Made by a program: the position numbers and the translations under genes. Shown one piece after another: positions 44,664 through 52,955 of a stretch of 64,000 nucleotides of DNA. The notes under the pieces are model-generated. The model saw nothing but the letters and a program-made list of their open reading frames with translations, had not been told where the DNA came from and did not search any database. This DNA is from a bacterium (lineage in GTDB: Bacteria > Actinomycetota > Acidimicrobiia > Acidimicrobiales > Ilumatobacteraceae), in the NCBI GenBank assembly GCA_029977615.1, contig JAPOKO010000004.1, positions 20,207-84,206 of the forward strand, in the 5' to 3' direction. How positions within the stretch are numbered: position 1 is the first letter of the stretch; each line of letters opens with the position of its first letter.

Positions 44664-46451
44664 ATGTGGTCGCAGGGTGGTGTAACTGATGAAGACCGAC
44701 TCAGTAGGGCTCAAGCTCGCACGGTTATTGGGCGAGTGTTCAAAATGGCAGCCCCATTTCGCAAGACGATGTACGTGGCCTTTGCGTGTGTGTGCGTTAC
44801 CACGCTATGCGCGTTAGCCGGCCCATTGCTTGTGCGTCGAGGTATTGACCTTGGAATTCGTGGAAATGATCCCGCATCTCTGAACATTTCGGTGGGCATG
44901 TATTTGCTGGTCGCACTTATCGCTTATGTTTTTGGTCGCGCTCAGTTTCTGTTCTTGAATAGAACTGGTGAATCGTTCCTTCGAGTGTTGAGGCTTGCTG
45001 TATTTCGCCAAATGCAGCGTCAGAGCATGGCGTTTTACGATCGCAATAAAGCAGGAGTTTTGGTTGCACGTATGACTGCCGACATTGAGTCAATGGCCGA
45101 ACTCGTGCAATGGGGTCTTTTGCAGTTCATTGCAGCGGGAATGCTGATTGTGTTTGCTCTTGTACTGCTTGCGACATTGAGCTGGCAACTGACCATTGTC
45201 GCCCTGCTTGTGATGCCAATTCTGATTGCTGCTTCAGTGAAGTTTCAACGTGATTCAAATAAGGCATATCTTGCGGTGCGTGATCGTGTTGGAGCAAACT
45301 TGTCGGCGCTTCAAGAAGGGATTACCACAGTTCGAGTAATTCAGGCATACGCCCAAGAAGAAGAAACCATTCGCAAGTTCACCAAATCAAACCGCGAATT
45401 ATTCAAAAGCCATGAACACAGCGTGCGGGTAAGTACGTGGTACTTCGCACTTATTGAATTTGGCGGGGTATTTGCCAGTGCGTTGATTATTGGCATTGGT
45501 GGCTGGTTGGTTCACCGAGGTGATGTCACCCTTGGCACTGTTGTTGCATTCACGCTCTTGCTTTCAAGTTTGTTTGACCCGGTGCAACAGCTTTCACAGC
45601 TGTACAACACGGTGCAATCTGCTGGGGCTGCACTGAACAAGTTGTTTCAAATTCTTGATGCCAAACCAGAAGTTGATGAGCATCCTGGTGCAGTCGCATT
45701 ACCCAATTCTGGTGAATTGGTTGTTAGCGGAATTGATTTCACCTATTCCGGAGCAGAGAATCGCGCATTGCAGAACGTAAGTATCAGCGTTGGTGTTGGT
45801 GAAAAACTTGCTCTCGTTGGCCCAACTGGTGCAGGTAAATCGACTCTTGCGAAACTGATGGCTCGTTTGTACGACCCGCAAGTTGGCAGTGTTTCATACG
45901 GCGGAATTGACTTAAAAATGGCCACGATGTCGTCTTTACGTGAACGAATTGTGGTGGTTCCGCAAGAAGGTTTCTTGTTCAACGGGACCATTCGCGACAA
46001 TTTGCGAATCGCCCGAAGCTCTGCAACCGACGAAGAGATTGACGCAGCAATTGCCGCAATTGGGGCGACCGAACATTTCGCAACGCTGCCAGACGGGCTC
46101 GATACCGAAGTGCGCGAGCGTGGTAGCAGGTTGTCTGCAGGTGAGCGCCAATTAGTTGCGCTTGCTCGTGCGGCACTCGTTGACCCTGCGGTGTTGGTGC
46201 TTGATGAAGCGACATCAAACCTCGACCCCGGAACAGAAGCCGAAGTTGAGCATGCGCTAGAGCGGCTGATGGCTGGCCGCACGGTCATTGTGGTTGCGCA
46301 TCGATTGTCAACTGTGCAACGGGCAGATCACATTGCGGTGATTGCCGATGCTCAAGTTGCCGAATATGGCACGCACGCAGAATTGATTGCAAAGGGTGGC
46401 AGGTACAGCGCACTTGCTACAGCTTGGCAAAAATCGCAAATTACGAACTAA
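44664..46451 (+). CDS. ABC exporter subunit (TMD-NBD half transporter) with the consensus Walker B (LDEATS) and a deviant signature (LSAGERQ)
   Basis: 595 aa. Walker A GPTGAGKST, LSAGERQLVALARA, VLVLDEATSNLD. Confidence 0.92.
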   Translation: MWSQGGVTDEDRLSRAQARTVIGRVFKMAAPFRKTMYVAFACVCVTTLCALAGPLLVRRGIDLGIRGNDPASLNISVGMYLLVALIAYVFGRAQFLFLNRTGESFLRVLRLAVFRQMQRQSMAFYDRNKAGVLVARMTADIESMAELVQWGLLQFIAAGMLIVFALVLLATLSWQLTIVALLVMPILIAASVKFQRDSNKAYLAVRDRVGANLSALQEGITTVRVIQAYAQEEETIRKFTKSNRELFKSHEHSVRVSTWYFALIEFGGVFASALIIGIGGWLVHRGDVTLGTVVAFTLLLSSLFDPVQQLSQLYNTVQSAGAALNKLFQILDAKPEVDEHPGAVALPNSGELVVSGIDFTYSGAENRALQNVSISVGVGEKLALVGPTGAGKSTLAKLMARLYDPQVGSVSYGGIDLKMATMSSLRERIVVVPQEGFLFNGTIRDNLRIARSSATDEEIDAAIAAIGATEHFATLPDGLDTEVRERGSRLSAGERQLVALARAALVDPAVLVLDEATSNLDPGTEAEVEHALERLMAGRTVIVVAHRLSTVQRADHIAVIADAQVAEYGTHAELIAKGGRYSALATAWQKSQITN

Positions 46452-47428
46452 ACCGTCGACTTAAATTTGCTCATCAAATATGGGCCGCTGAGCACGGGTT
46501 CATAAGTTGTTGACGACGAGGTATCCATACATGTTGGAATCGTTGAAATATTTGCGTGCCAATTTGGTTGATGAAAGTACGCAATGCTCTGGCGTCGTGA
46601 ATGTGGATCATGTGTATGTTCTGGGTTCACCACTCGATGCATTGTTGAACGCCAGCGATTGTTGGTCCATCGCGCCATAAGATCACCAAGGTTGATGATG
46701 AATGCTCCGGGCACGGGAATGACTTCCTGCCAAGTTCCATCAAGTCGCTGTATTTCAAGACCACGTGAGTCAATTTGTGGAAGCAAGATGGTGAGTGATC
46801 CGTAATCGCTGTGTGCACCGGCACGTAGTTGCCCCGGCTGCGGAGCATGTTGTTGAGGCGGATAGTTCAAAGCACGCAGCGCACTGATTGGTGATGAAAT
46901 GTATTCATCGAAATAGTGAGTGTCGAGCGAGAGAGCTTCTGCGAACAAACGCATGATTCTTTGTGCGAGGCTTTCCATTGCGTTGTAGTAGTTGCTCCAT
47001 GCTGAAGTGAATTCGGCGGGTTGTGTTGGCCATGGAGTGCGTGCATAGCAAAAAGCGAGTGCATCTGGGTCTGTAATGGATTTCGGAATATGTATTGGAC
47101 CACCATTAAACGTTTCTTTTAAATCTGGTGGAGTTGTGTTACCGAGCGACGCAGCAAGCGACTCCGCTTCGTTCCCCATGTAGCCGTATGGGTATCCAGC
47201 AAATGGAACTGCGAACTGTTGTTTCACACTGCTTGGCAGGTTGAAAAAATTCTGCATCGTGGTCCACATGTTTTTGATGATGCTCTGATCAACACCATGA
47301 TGAGTAACAGCTATGAACCCTGTGTGTTGACACGCCTGGTCGGTGAGTTGAGCAATTGTGGCGCGAAGCGTGCTGTCACCTTGTTCAAACGCAGCAAGGT
47401 CGATGAGTGGAGCTGCTTCCGTTGCCAC
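46448..47428 (-). CDS. 2-oxoglutarate/Fe(II)-dependent oxygenase (isopenicillin-N-synthase family)
   Basis: 326 aa. GFIAVTHHGV at the N-terminus, HSDYGSLTIL (HxD) and STMHRVVN (distal His). Confidence 0.88.
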   Translation of the reverse strand: MATEAAPLIDLAAFEQGDSTLRATIAQLTDQACQHTGFIAVTHHGVDQSIIKNMWTTMQNFFNLPSSVKQQFAVPFAGYPYGYMGNEAESLAASLGNTTPPDLKETFNGGPIHIPKSITDPDALAFCYARTPWPTQPAEFTSAWSNYYNAMESLAQRIMRLFAEALSLDTHYFDEYISSPISALRALNYPPQQHAPQPGQLRAGAHSDYGSLTILLPQIDSRGLEIQRLDGTWQEVIPVPGAFIINLGDLMARWTNNRWRSTMHRVVNPEHTHDPHSRRQSIAYFHQPNWHANISTIPTCMDTSSSTTYEPVLSGPYLMSKFKSTV

Positions 47429-47462
47429 AAACCAACAGTAGGCGAGTGGTGATCTTGAAGCT

Positions 47463-47500
47463 CAGGGCTGGTGGGGAGACTCACCAGCCCTGTTTCTTGT
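47463..47500 (+). terminator. Intrinsic-terminator-like hairpin: CAGGGCTGGTG-gggagact-CACCAGCCCTG followed by TTTCTTGT
   Basis: Perfect 11-bp stem (47463-47473 / 47482-47492), 8-nt loop, T-rich tail on the + strand only. It lies between divergent gene starts (47428 and 47548), so it terminates no annotated gene. Confidence 0.4.
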
Positions 47501-47547
47501 CGCTTGGTCGCAGTCTGTGGGCTGGCTACAAGTAGCGTGTAGCGCAC

Positions 47548-48096
47548 ATGGCACGCGAAAAGGTATACACACGAGCAGGCGACGACGGCACAACAGGTCT
47601 GTTCTATGGCGGTCGTGTTGGCAAAGATTCCGCACTGCCTCGCGCTTATGGCGCAGTAGACGAAGCGCAAGCAATCCTTGGGCTGGCTCGTGCCGAAGCC
47701 GGCAAGGGAACCGAACTTGACGACATGCTCGTGCATATTTGCCGTGACCTGTGGGTGTTAATGGCAGAACTGGCAACATTGCCTGAAAATCGCCACAAAC
47801 TTGTCGACGAAAAAACACGTGTTACCGAATTGATGGTGGAAAAACTTGAGCACATGATCGACTCACTCGATGAGCGCTTTGAGCCACCGACTGACTTTGT
47901 GGTGCCTGGTCAGAACCGTGTTTCGGCGTTGCTCGACGTTGGTCGCACGGTTGCCCGCAGAGCAGAGCGTCACTCATTGGCCGCGGCTCCGCCACCGTCG
48001 CAGGCGTGCCCATATCTCAACAGGCTTTCAGACCTCTTGTGGACCCTTGCCCGTTGGCAAGAAGGTGAGTCTTTGTCGGTTAAAGACGTCATCTAG
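47548..48096 (+). CDS. PduO-type ATP:cob(I)alamin adenosyltransferase
   Basis: 182 aa. MAREKVYTRAGDDGTTGL and YGAVDEAQAILGLAR are hallmark PduO-type motifs. Confidence 0.9.
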   Translation: MAREKVYTRAGDDGTTGLFYGGRVGKDSALPRAYGAVDEAQAILGLARAEAGKGTELDDMLVHICRDLWVLMAELATLPENRHKLVDEKTRVTELMVEKLEHMIDSLDERFEPPTDFVVPGQNRVSALLDVGRTVARRAERHSLAAAPPPSQACPYLNRLSDLLWTLARWQEGESLSVKDVI

Positions 48097-48135
48097 TTAC
48101 CATTTACCGAGCCCTCACATATAAGGAGACCTGTC

Positions 48136-49590
48136 ATGGCACTCAATTTTGAAGTCGTCGCCAAAGCGCCAGCAACCGCAAAGGCTGTAGGCATTCCAGT
48201 GACGAGCGAAGGCGCATTGCCGAAAGAGGTATCACTGTCACGCGCAACACTTGAAACTCTTGGATTCACCGGCAAAGTTGGCCAGACCTATGTCGTTCCT
48301 GCAGAAAAAGGCGCCGTCAGCATTTTGATTGGTGTTGGCGAGATGTCAAAGCTAGATACCGCGTCGTTACGCAAAGCAGCTGCAGCGTTTGCTCGCGCAG
48401 CATCAGGGTTTGAATCGGTGAGCACCACACTTGCACACATTGGTCGTCTAGATCGCAAAGTTGCAGCGCAGGTAGTTGTAGAAGGTATGTCGCTTGCAAC
48501 GCACCGTTACACAGACTTGAAGACGGTTGATAAAAAGGCTCCAAAGCTTGCAACAGTTTCACTCGTTGGAACTGGAGCAGCAACATCGAGTGGTGTGAAG
48601 CGCGGGCAAGTTATCGCGAACGCCACAAACATGGCACGCGACTTTGCCAATATGCCACCTGCATATTTGACAGCAACGATTTTTGCAAACAAGGCAGTTG
48701 AAATTGCTGGACAGACTGGCTTGAAGGTTGAAGTGTTTAACAAAGATCAGCTGCTCGCGATGGGTTGCGGCGGAATCGTTGGAGTGAACCGCGGAAGCGT
48801 TGAACCTCCGCGCATGGTTCGACTGACTTATAAACCAACTGGTGCAAAGGGTAAGCCACACCTCGTGCTAGTTGGTAAGGGTGTTATGTATGACTCGGGC
48901 GGCATTTCACTCAAGCCATCAGACCCATCACACGCAATGATGAAAGGTGACATGAGCGGCGCAGCTGCTGTGCTTGCCACTATGAGCACACTGAAGGCAC
49001 TTGGTTGCACAAACCAAGTAACGGGTTACCTGATGTGCACCGACAACCTTCCTTCGGGAAGTGCAATGGCAATGGGTGAAGTGCTTACTATGCGCAACGG
49101 CAAGACAGTAGAAATTCATAACACTGACGCTGAAGGTCGCTTGATCCTTGCCGATGGATTATCGCTTGCAGCCGAGCAAAAGCCAGATGCAATTGTTGAC
49201 ATTGCAACCCTTACGGGAGCATGCCAGCGTGCACTTGGAAACGGCATGGCCGGAGTCATGGGTAATAATCAAAAGTGGATTGACCAATTGACTGCTGCCG
49301 CAGAACGCACATCAGACAAGTTGTGGCAGCTGCCGCTTGAGCGTGAATATCGCCCAGCACTTGACTCGTACGTTGCCGACATGAAAAACGTTGGTGGCGA
49401 AGCAGGCGCAATTACCGCAGCACTGTTCTTGGAAGAGTTTGTTGGTGACACCACATGGGCGCACATCGATATTGCTGGACCAATGTGGACAGACAGCGAT
49501 AACGGTTGGTTGCAAAAGGGTATGACGGGTTATGGAACTCGTCTGCTTATTGACGCAGCACTGAACTTCCGCCGACCAGGTCGAGCGTAA
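48136..49590 (+). CDS. pepA: Leucyl aminopeptidase (M17)
   Basis: 484 aa. VGKGVMYDSGGISLKP, MKGDMSGAA and NTDAEGRL. Confidence 0.93.
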   Translation: MALNFEVVAKAPATAKAVGIPVTSEGALPKEVSLSRATLETLGFTGKVGQTYVVPAEKGAVSILIGVGEMSKLDTASLRKAAAAFARAASGFESVSTTLAHIGRLDRKVAAQVVVEGMSLATHRYTDLKTVDKKAPKLATVSLVGTGAATSSGVKRGQVIANATNMARDFANMPPAYLTATIFANKAVEIAGQTGLKVEVFNKDQLLAMGCGGIVGVNRGSVEPPRMVRLTYKPTGAKGKPHLVLVGKGVMYDSGGISLKPSDPSHAMMKGDMSGAAAVLATMSTLKALGCTNQVTGYLMCTDNLPSGSAMAMGEVLTMRNGKTVEIHNTDAEGRLILADGLSLAAEQKPDAIVDIATLTGACQRALGNGMAGVMGNNQKWIDQLTAAAERTSDKLWQLPLEREYRPALDSYVADMKNVGGEAGAITAALFLEEFVGDTTWAHIDIAGPMWTDSDNGWLQKGMTGYGTRLLIDAALNFRRPGRA

Positions 49591-49622
49591 GTTGTACGTT
49601 GGGCGGCGTAAGCCGCTCGACC
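49579..49622. terminator. Inverted repeat GGTCGAGCG / CGCTCGACC (with an alternative inner GCGGC-GTAA-GCCGC hairpin) filling the gap between convergent genes
   Basis: Read directly. There is no T-tract, so it is at best a weak or bidirectional terminator or an RNA-stability element. Confidence 0.3.
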
Positions 49623-50891
49623 TCAATCCTTCTGCGTGCCGACTTTGATGTCGCGGAATGCCGACTTTGAGTCGATGCCCACGTCTTTAGGCAATCCGAG
49701 AACTCGTTCGCCAACGATGTTGCGCATCACTTCGTCTGAACCGCCAGCAATTCGCATGCCAGGTGCACCAAGAAGTAATTGACTCCACGCGTAGGTTCCC
49801 CATTCGCCGGTATCAACGACGAGTTTTGCACCAAGCACATGTGCAACAAGGTCATTCATCTTCTTTTGGTTATTCACCAGAGCCATTTTTCCAATGGACA
49901 TTTCTGGTCCAGGCATTTGACCGGCTCGCATTTTGTCGGTTGCACGTTGGCTGGTGTAGCCAGCAACTTTGGTGTTGATGTACAAGTCGGCAAGCATTTC
50001 CCGAACGATTGGATCGGTATCGAGTTCGTAGTGGCGAATCATTTCGAGCAGGCGGGTGTACATAGTGTTTTCACCGCTGTCTGCCGAACCGATTGATGCT
50101 CGCTCGTTCATGAGAGTGGTGAGGGCAACGTTCCAGCCGTTGTTCACATCGCCTAAGCGATGATCGTCTGGAACACGAACTTCATTGAAGAACACTTCGT
50201 TGAAACTTGCACCACCAGTCATTTGGCGAAGTGGACGAATTTCTACACCAGGCGCGCGCATATTGACAATGAAGCCGGTGAGGCCTTTGTGTTTTGGCAA
50301 ACCTGGATCGGTGCGACAGATGATCTCACCAATGTCGCTGAACTGCGCGCCCGATGTCCATACTTTTTGACCAGTGATGACCCATTCGTCACCATCTTTT
50401 TCGGCTTTGGCTTGAACCGACGCAAGGTCGCTTCCTGCGCCTGGCTCAGAAAACAATTGGCAGCCCACAATGTCGGCTCGCCACATTTTTCGAAGGTACA
50501 AGTCGCGTGCATTTTGTGAAGCGTGAGCGAGGATGGTTGGAGCAACCATTCCCAAACCAATTTGGAATGCGCCGAGTGGAGCAGTTTTGTATTCGCGTTC
50601 TACTTGGTTGTACGCACGTTCGTGGGCAACAGTGAGTCCAGCGCCGCCGTATTCAGTTGGACCAGTAATCCATGCGAATCCGTTGTCGAAACGAAGTGCC
50701 TGCCACGCTTTGGCACGACGAAGCATTTCCTCTTCGGCTTCCTTCGAACGTTCCTCAAACATGGACACGTTGTCGGAGCCTTCGCCCCATACGAACTTCT
50801 TTCGCGCTTCCTTCTTCTCTGCGTTGGCATCGAGGAAAACGCGGGCTTTGGCTGCGTACTCTTCAACAGAAATCTGTTCGGTCATGGCCAT
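49623..50891 (-). CDS. Acyl-CoA dehydrogenase family protein
   Basis: ATG at 50891 or 50885 (MAMTEQISVEEY). ACAD pattern with GCQLFSEPGAGSDLAS and the C-terminal GGSDEVMRNIVGERVLGLP. The track start at 50948 was trimmed. Confidence 0.9.
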   Translation of the reverse strand: MAMTEQISVEEYAAKARVFLDANAEKKEARKKFVWGEGSDNVSMFEERSKEAEEEMLRRAKAWQALRFDNGFAWITGPTEYGGAGLTVAHERAYNQVEREYKTAPLGAFQIGLGMVAPTILAHASQNARDLYLRKMWRADIVGCQLFSEPGAGSDLASVQAKAEKDGDEWVITGQKVWTSGAQFSDIGEIICRTDPGLPKHKGLTGFIVNMRAPGVEIRPLRQMTGGASFNEVFFNEVRVPDDHRLGDVNNGWNVALTTLMNERASIGSADSGENTMYTRLLEMIRHYELDTDPIVREMLADLYINTKVAGYTSQRATDKMRAGQMPGPEMSIGKMALVNNQKKMNDLVAHVLGAKLVVDTGEWGTYAWSQLLLGAPGMRIAGGSDEVMRNIVGERVLGLPKDVGIDSKSAFRDIKVGTQKD

Positions 50892-50946
50892 AACGGTAGT
50901 TGGCGGGGTCGGTTTTGGTGAAGGCCAGCCAACTAGTCTTTGGGGC

Positions 50947-51411
50947 ATGGGTCAGCCAGTTTCCGTTACACAAAAGCCTTCAGTTACTCCAGGGCGGGTT
51001 CGTTTCGAACTCAATCGCTCGCTTACTGGCCAGGGACACGAGCGTTACACCTCGGCAGTTACTTCGCGCACAGGTAAGCCAGCAGACGTGTTGGCCAACC
51101 GGTTTTTTGAGACTGGCACAGTAAGTGCAGTCCATGTGTACGGCAACATGATCACGGTTGACGTAAAGCCTGGGTCAAGCAGTGATTCGCTCATCAAAGT
51201 GGTTGAAGATTTATACCAATACTGGACGCCAGGAAAAGTGCCGCCTTCGGAAGAAGAACTCATGGCGCAGGCTCCCAAGAGCGAAGCACCAGCTGCTGCG
51301 CCATCGGCCGATGGAAGCCCTGCACCAAGCGCTGCTGCCAGCAAAATTCCTGCTGCGCTTTTGGCGCGAAGCCAGGCGGCACTAGCTAAAGCCCGCGCAA
51401 AACAAGGCTGA
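50947..51411 (+). CDS. Conserved hypothetical protein (possibly Nfu/NifU-N-terminal-like domain) with Ala/Pro-rich tail
   Basis: An ATG at 50947 gives MGQPVSVTQKPSVTPGRVRFELNRSLTG...VHVYGNMITVDV...LYQYW. The family guess is tentative. The upstream part of the track ORF is antisense to the ACAD gene. Confidence 0.5.
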   Translation: MGQPVSVTQKPSVTPGRVRFELNRSLTGQGHERYTSAVTSRTGKPADVLANRFFETGTVSAVHVYGNMITVDVKPGSSSDSLIKVVEDLYQYWTPGKVPPSEEELMAQAPKSEAPAAAPSADGSPAPSAAASKIPAALLARSQAALAKARAKQG

Positions 51412-51451
51412 GTTACGCAAAACTGCACGTGCCGTGTGAAGATTCACGGGA

Positions 51452-52288
51452 ATGGTTGACACAGATATTTCGCTGCACGATGTAGCTGAAGCGCTGCATG
51501 TTCATTACATGACGGCGTATCGCTACGTACGCGAAGGCATTCTGCCGGGTCGCAAAGTAGGGCGTAGTTGGAGTGTCCGCAAGAGCGATTTGGACAAATT
51601 TCAGCAAGGCGAAGGATTGCGTGCTGTTGCCGAGGAGGGCAAGCGAACACAGGCGCCGTGGGGCGAGCGTCTTGAAGCTCGCTTGATTGAAGGCGATGAG
51701 CGCGGTGCGCTTGAAGTTTTTGAAGCGGTTTTGCGCGCTGGTCATGATCTTGAGTATTTGTATCTAAACGTGTTGAGCCCAGCGTTGATTGCTATTGGTT
51801 ATCGATGGGAGCAAGGCGAACTCGAAATTTTTGTTGAGCATCGCGCAAGCAACATTGCAATGCGCTTGATGTCGCAAGTTGGTTCGCGCTTCGCGCGACG
51901 GGGTATTTCTAAAGGCACCATCATCATGGGCGCTCCCGCGGGCGAGGAGCATGCACTTGCAATAGCCATGCTTGCCGATTTGGTGCGTAGCCAAGGATGG
52001 GATGTGCATGATCTTGGTGGCAACATGCCTGCGGGAAGTTTTGCTCAAGCAGTGCAACAGAGTAACGACGTTGTTGCGGTGTGCGTTGGTGTGACAGTTG
52101 AAGAGTCAATACCTGCAGCAAAAGAAACGGTTGCTGCGTTGAAGAACTCGTGTCCAGATGTTCCTGTGTATGTTGGCGGTGCTGCCATTCGCGGCGACGA
52201 TCATGTGCGCGTGTTGGGGGCCGATCACTGGGCCGGCAATGTTTCTTCGCTGATTGATTCGCTAAACCAGCACGCACGCCGCAAATAG
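51452..52288 (+). CDS. CarH/LitR-type transcriptional regulator: N-terminal MerR/excisionase-type HTH plus cobalamin (B12)-binding domain
   Basis: 278 aa. HTH LHDVAEALHVHYMTAYRYVREGILPG. Wx9EH motif W119-E129-H130 (YRWEQGELEIFVEH, nt 51806-51841). Rossmann B12 domain with ExHxx(G/A) GEEHALAIAMLADL...HDLGGNMP. Confidence 0.8.
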   Translation: MVDTDISLHDVAEALHVHYMTAYRYVREGILPGRKVGRSWSVRKSDLDKFQQGEGLRAVAEEGKRTQAPWGERLEARLIEGDERGALEVFEAVLRAGHDLEYLYLNVLSPALIAIGYRWEQGELEIFVEHRASNIAMRLMSQVGSRFARRGISKGTIIMGAPAGEEHALAIAMLADLVRSQGWDVHDLGGNMPAGSFAQAVQQSNDVVAVCVGVTVEESIPAAKETVAALKNSCPDVPVYVGGAAIRGDDHVRVLGADHWAGNVSSLIDSLNQHARRK

Positions 52289-52335
52289 CCCCTAATTACT
52301 CGCCATTTTGTTGGATTATCGCGGCTAGATAACTA

Positions 52336-52349
52336 CGAACATATGTTCG
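52336..52349. promoter_or_regulatory. LexA (SOS) box CGAACATATGTTCG, 13 nt upstream of the imuA' ATG
   Basis: Perfect palindrome matching the actinobacterial/mycobacterial GAAC-N4-GTTC SOS box. It is followed by the TANNNT-type hexamer TACAGT (52351-52356) and then the ATG at 52363. Confidence 0.75.
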
Positions 52350-52362
52350 CTACAGTAAGGGC

Positions 52363-52947
52363 ATGTTCGAGCCGTTGCCCACACTGCCTGTCCCATCAGA
52401 GTTACGCGCCATGTTTCCCGAAGGCGGGCTGGTGCGTGGTCGCACGGTGTTGTGCAGTGGTGACGCGGCGGTAGCCATGGCCTTGCGTGTTGTCTCTAGC
52501 GCAACACAAGCAGGTTCGTGGTTAGGCATTGTTGGTGTGCACAACGTTGGCGTACAGGCGGCAAGCGAACACGGTGTGGCTTTGCAGCGAGTGGTATTTG
52601 TGCAACCGGCAAGTAGTCGCACCGAATGGGTCAGCACTGTGGCGGCTGCAGCAGATGGCTTCGATGTGTTGATGCTTGAAGTTCCGCAGGGTATTACTGC
52701 GGCTGATGCGCGTCGTGTGCAAACGCGTATTCAGGCCCGGCGGAATGCATTGGTCCTCATAGGTGCAACGCAACAGTCGGCCGCGCAATCGGTATTTCAG
52801 CCTGATGTCATTATGAACACCGCAACAACACAGTGGCACGGCATTGAGCGCGGGGCAGGTTATGTGCAGGGTCGCGATGTGCAGGTTGCAGTAAGCGGCA
52901 GGCGAGTGCCTAAAGCACGGCAACACTCGCTGCATTTTGTTGGCTAG
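52363..52947 (+). CDS. imuA': ImuA'-like SOS mutasome accessory protein
   Basis: 194 aa. It sits immediately upstream of imuB behind a LexA box. It has RecA/ImuA-like size and pattern (GGLVRGRTVLCSG...GSWLGIVG) but no Walker A P-loop. Confidence 0.72.
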   Translation: MFEPLPTLPVPSELRAMFPEGGLVRGRTVLCSGDAAVAMALRVVSSATQAGSWLGIVGVHNVGVQAASEHGVALQRVVFVQPASSRTEWVSTVAAAADGFDVLMLEVPQGITAADARRVQTRIQARRNALVLIGATQQSAAQSVFQPDVIMNTATTQWHGIERGAGYVQGRDVQVAVSGRRVPKARQHSLHFVG

Positions 52948-52955
52948 CGCTTGCA

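Noticed and set aside
45743-46288. 181-aa minus-strand ORF
   Set aside because: It is antisense to the NBD of the second ABC subunit, which carries Walker A, signature and Walker B motifs.
47463-47500. Possible cobalamin riboswitch upstream of the adenosyltransferase gene (the hairpin loop contains GGAGAC, reminiscent of the B12 box)
   Set aside because: The B12-box resemblance breaks down after GAGAC, where there is an extra TCAC before CAGCC. Only 119 nt of non-coding sequence is available, against about 200 nt for the aptamer. I see none of the other conserved junction elements. I kept it only as an unexplained hairpin.
50533-50946. 414-nt 5' extension of the ORF ending at 51411
   Set aside because: It is antisense to the well-supported acyl-CoA dehydrogenase (49623-50891). 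The ATG at 50947 gives a compact protein starting in the intergenic gap.
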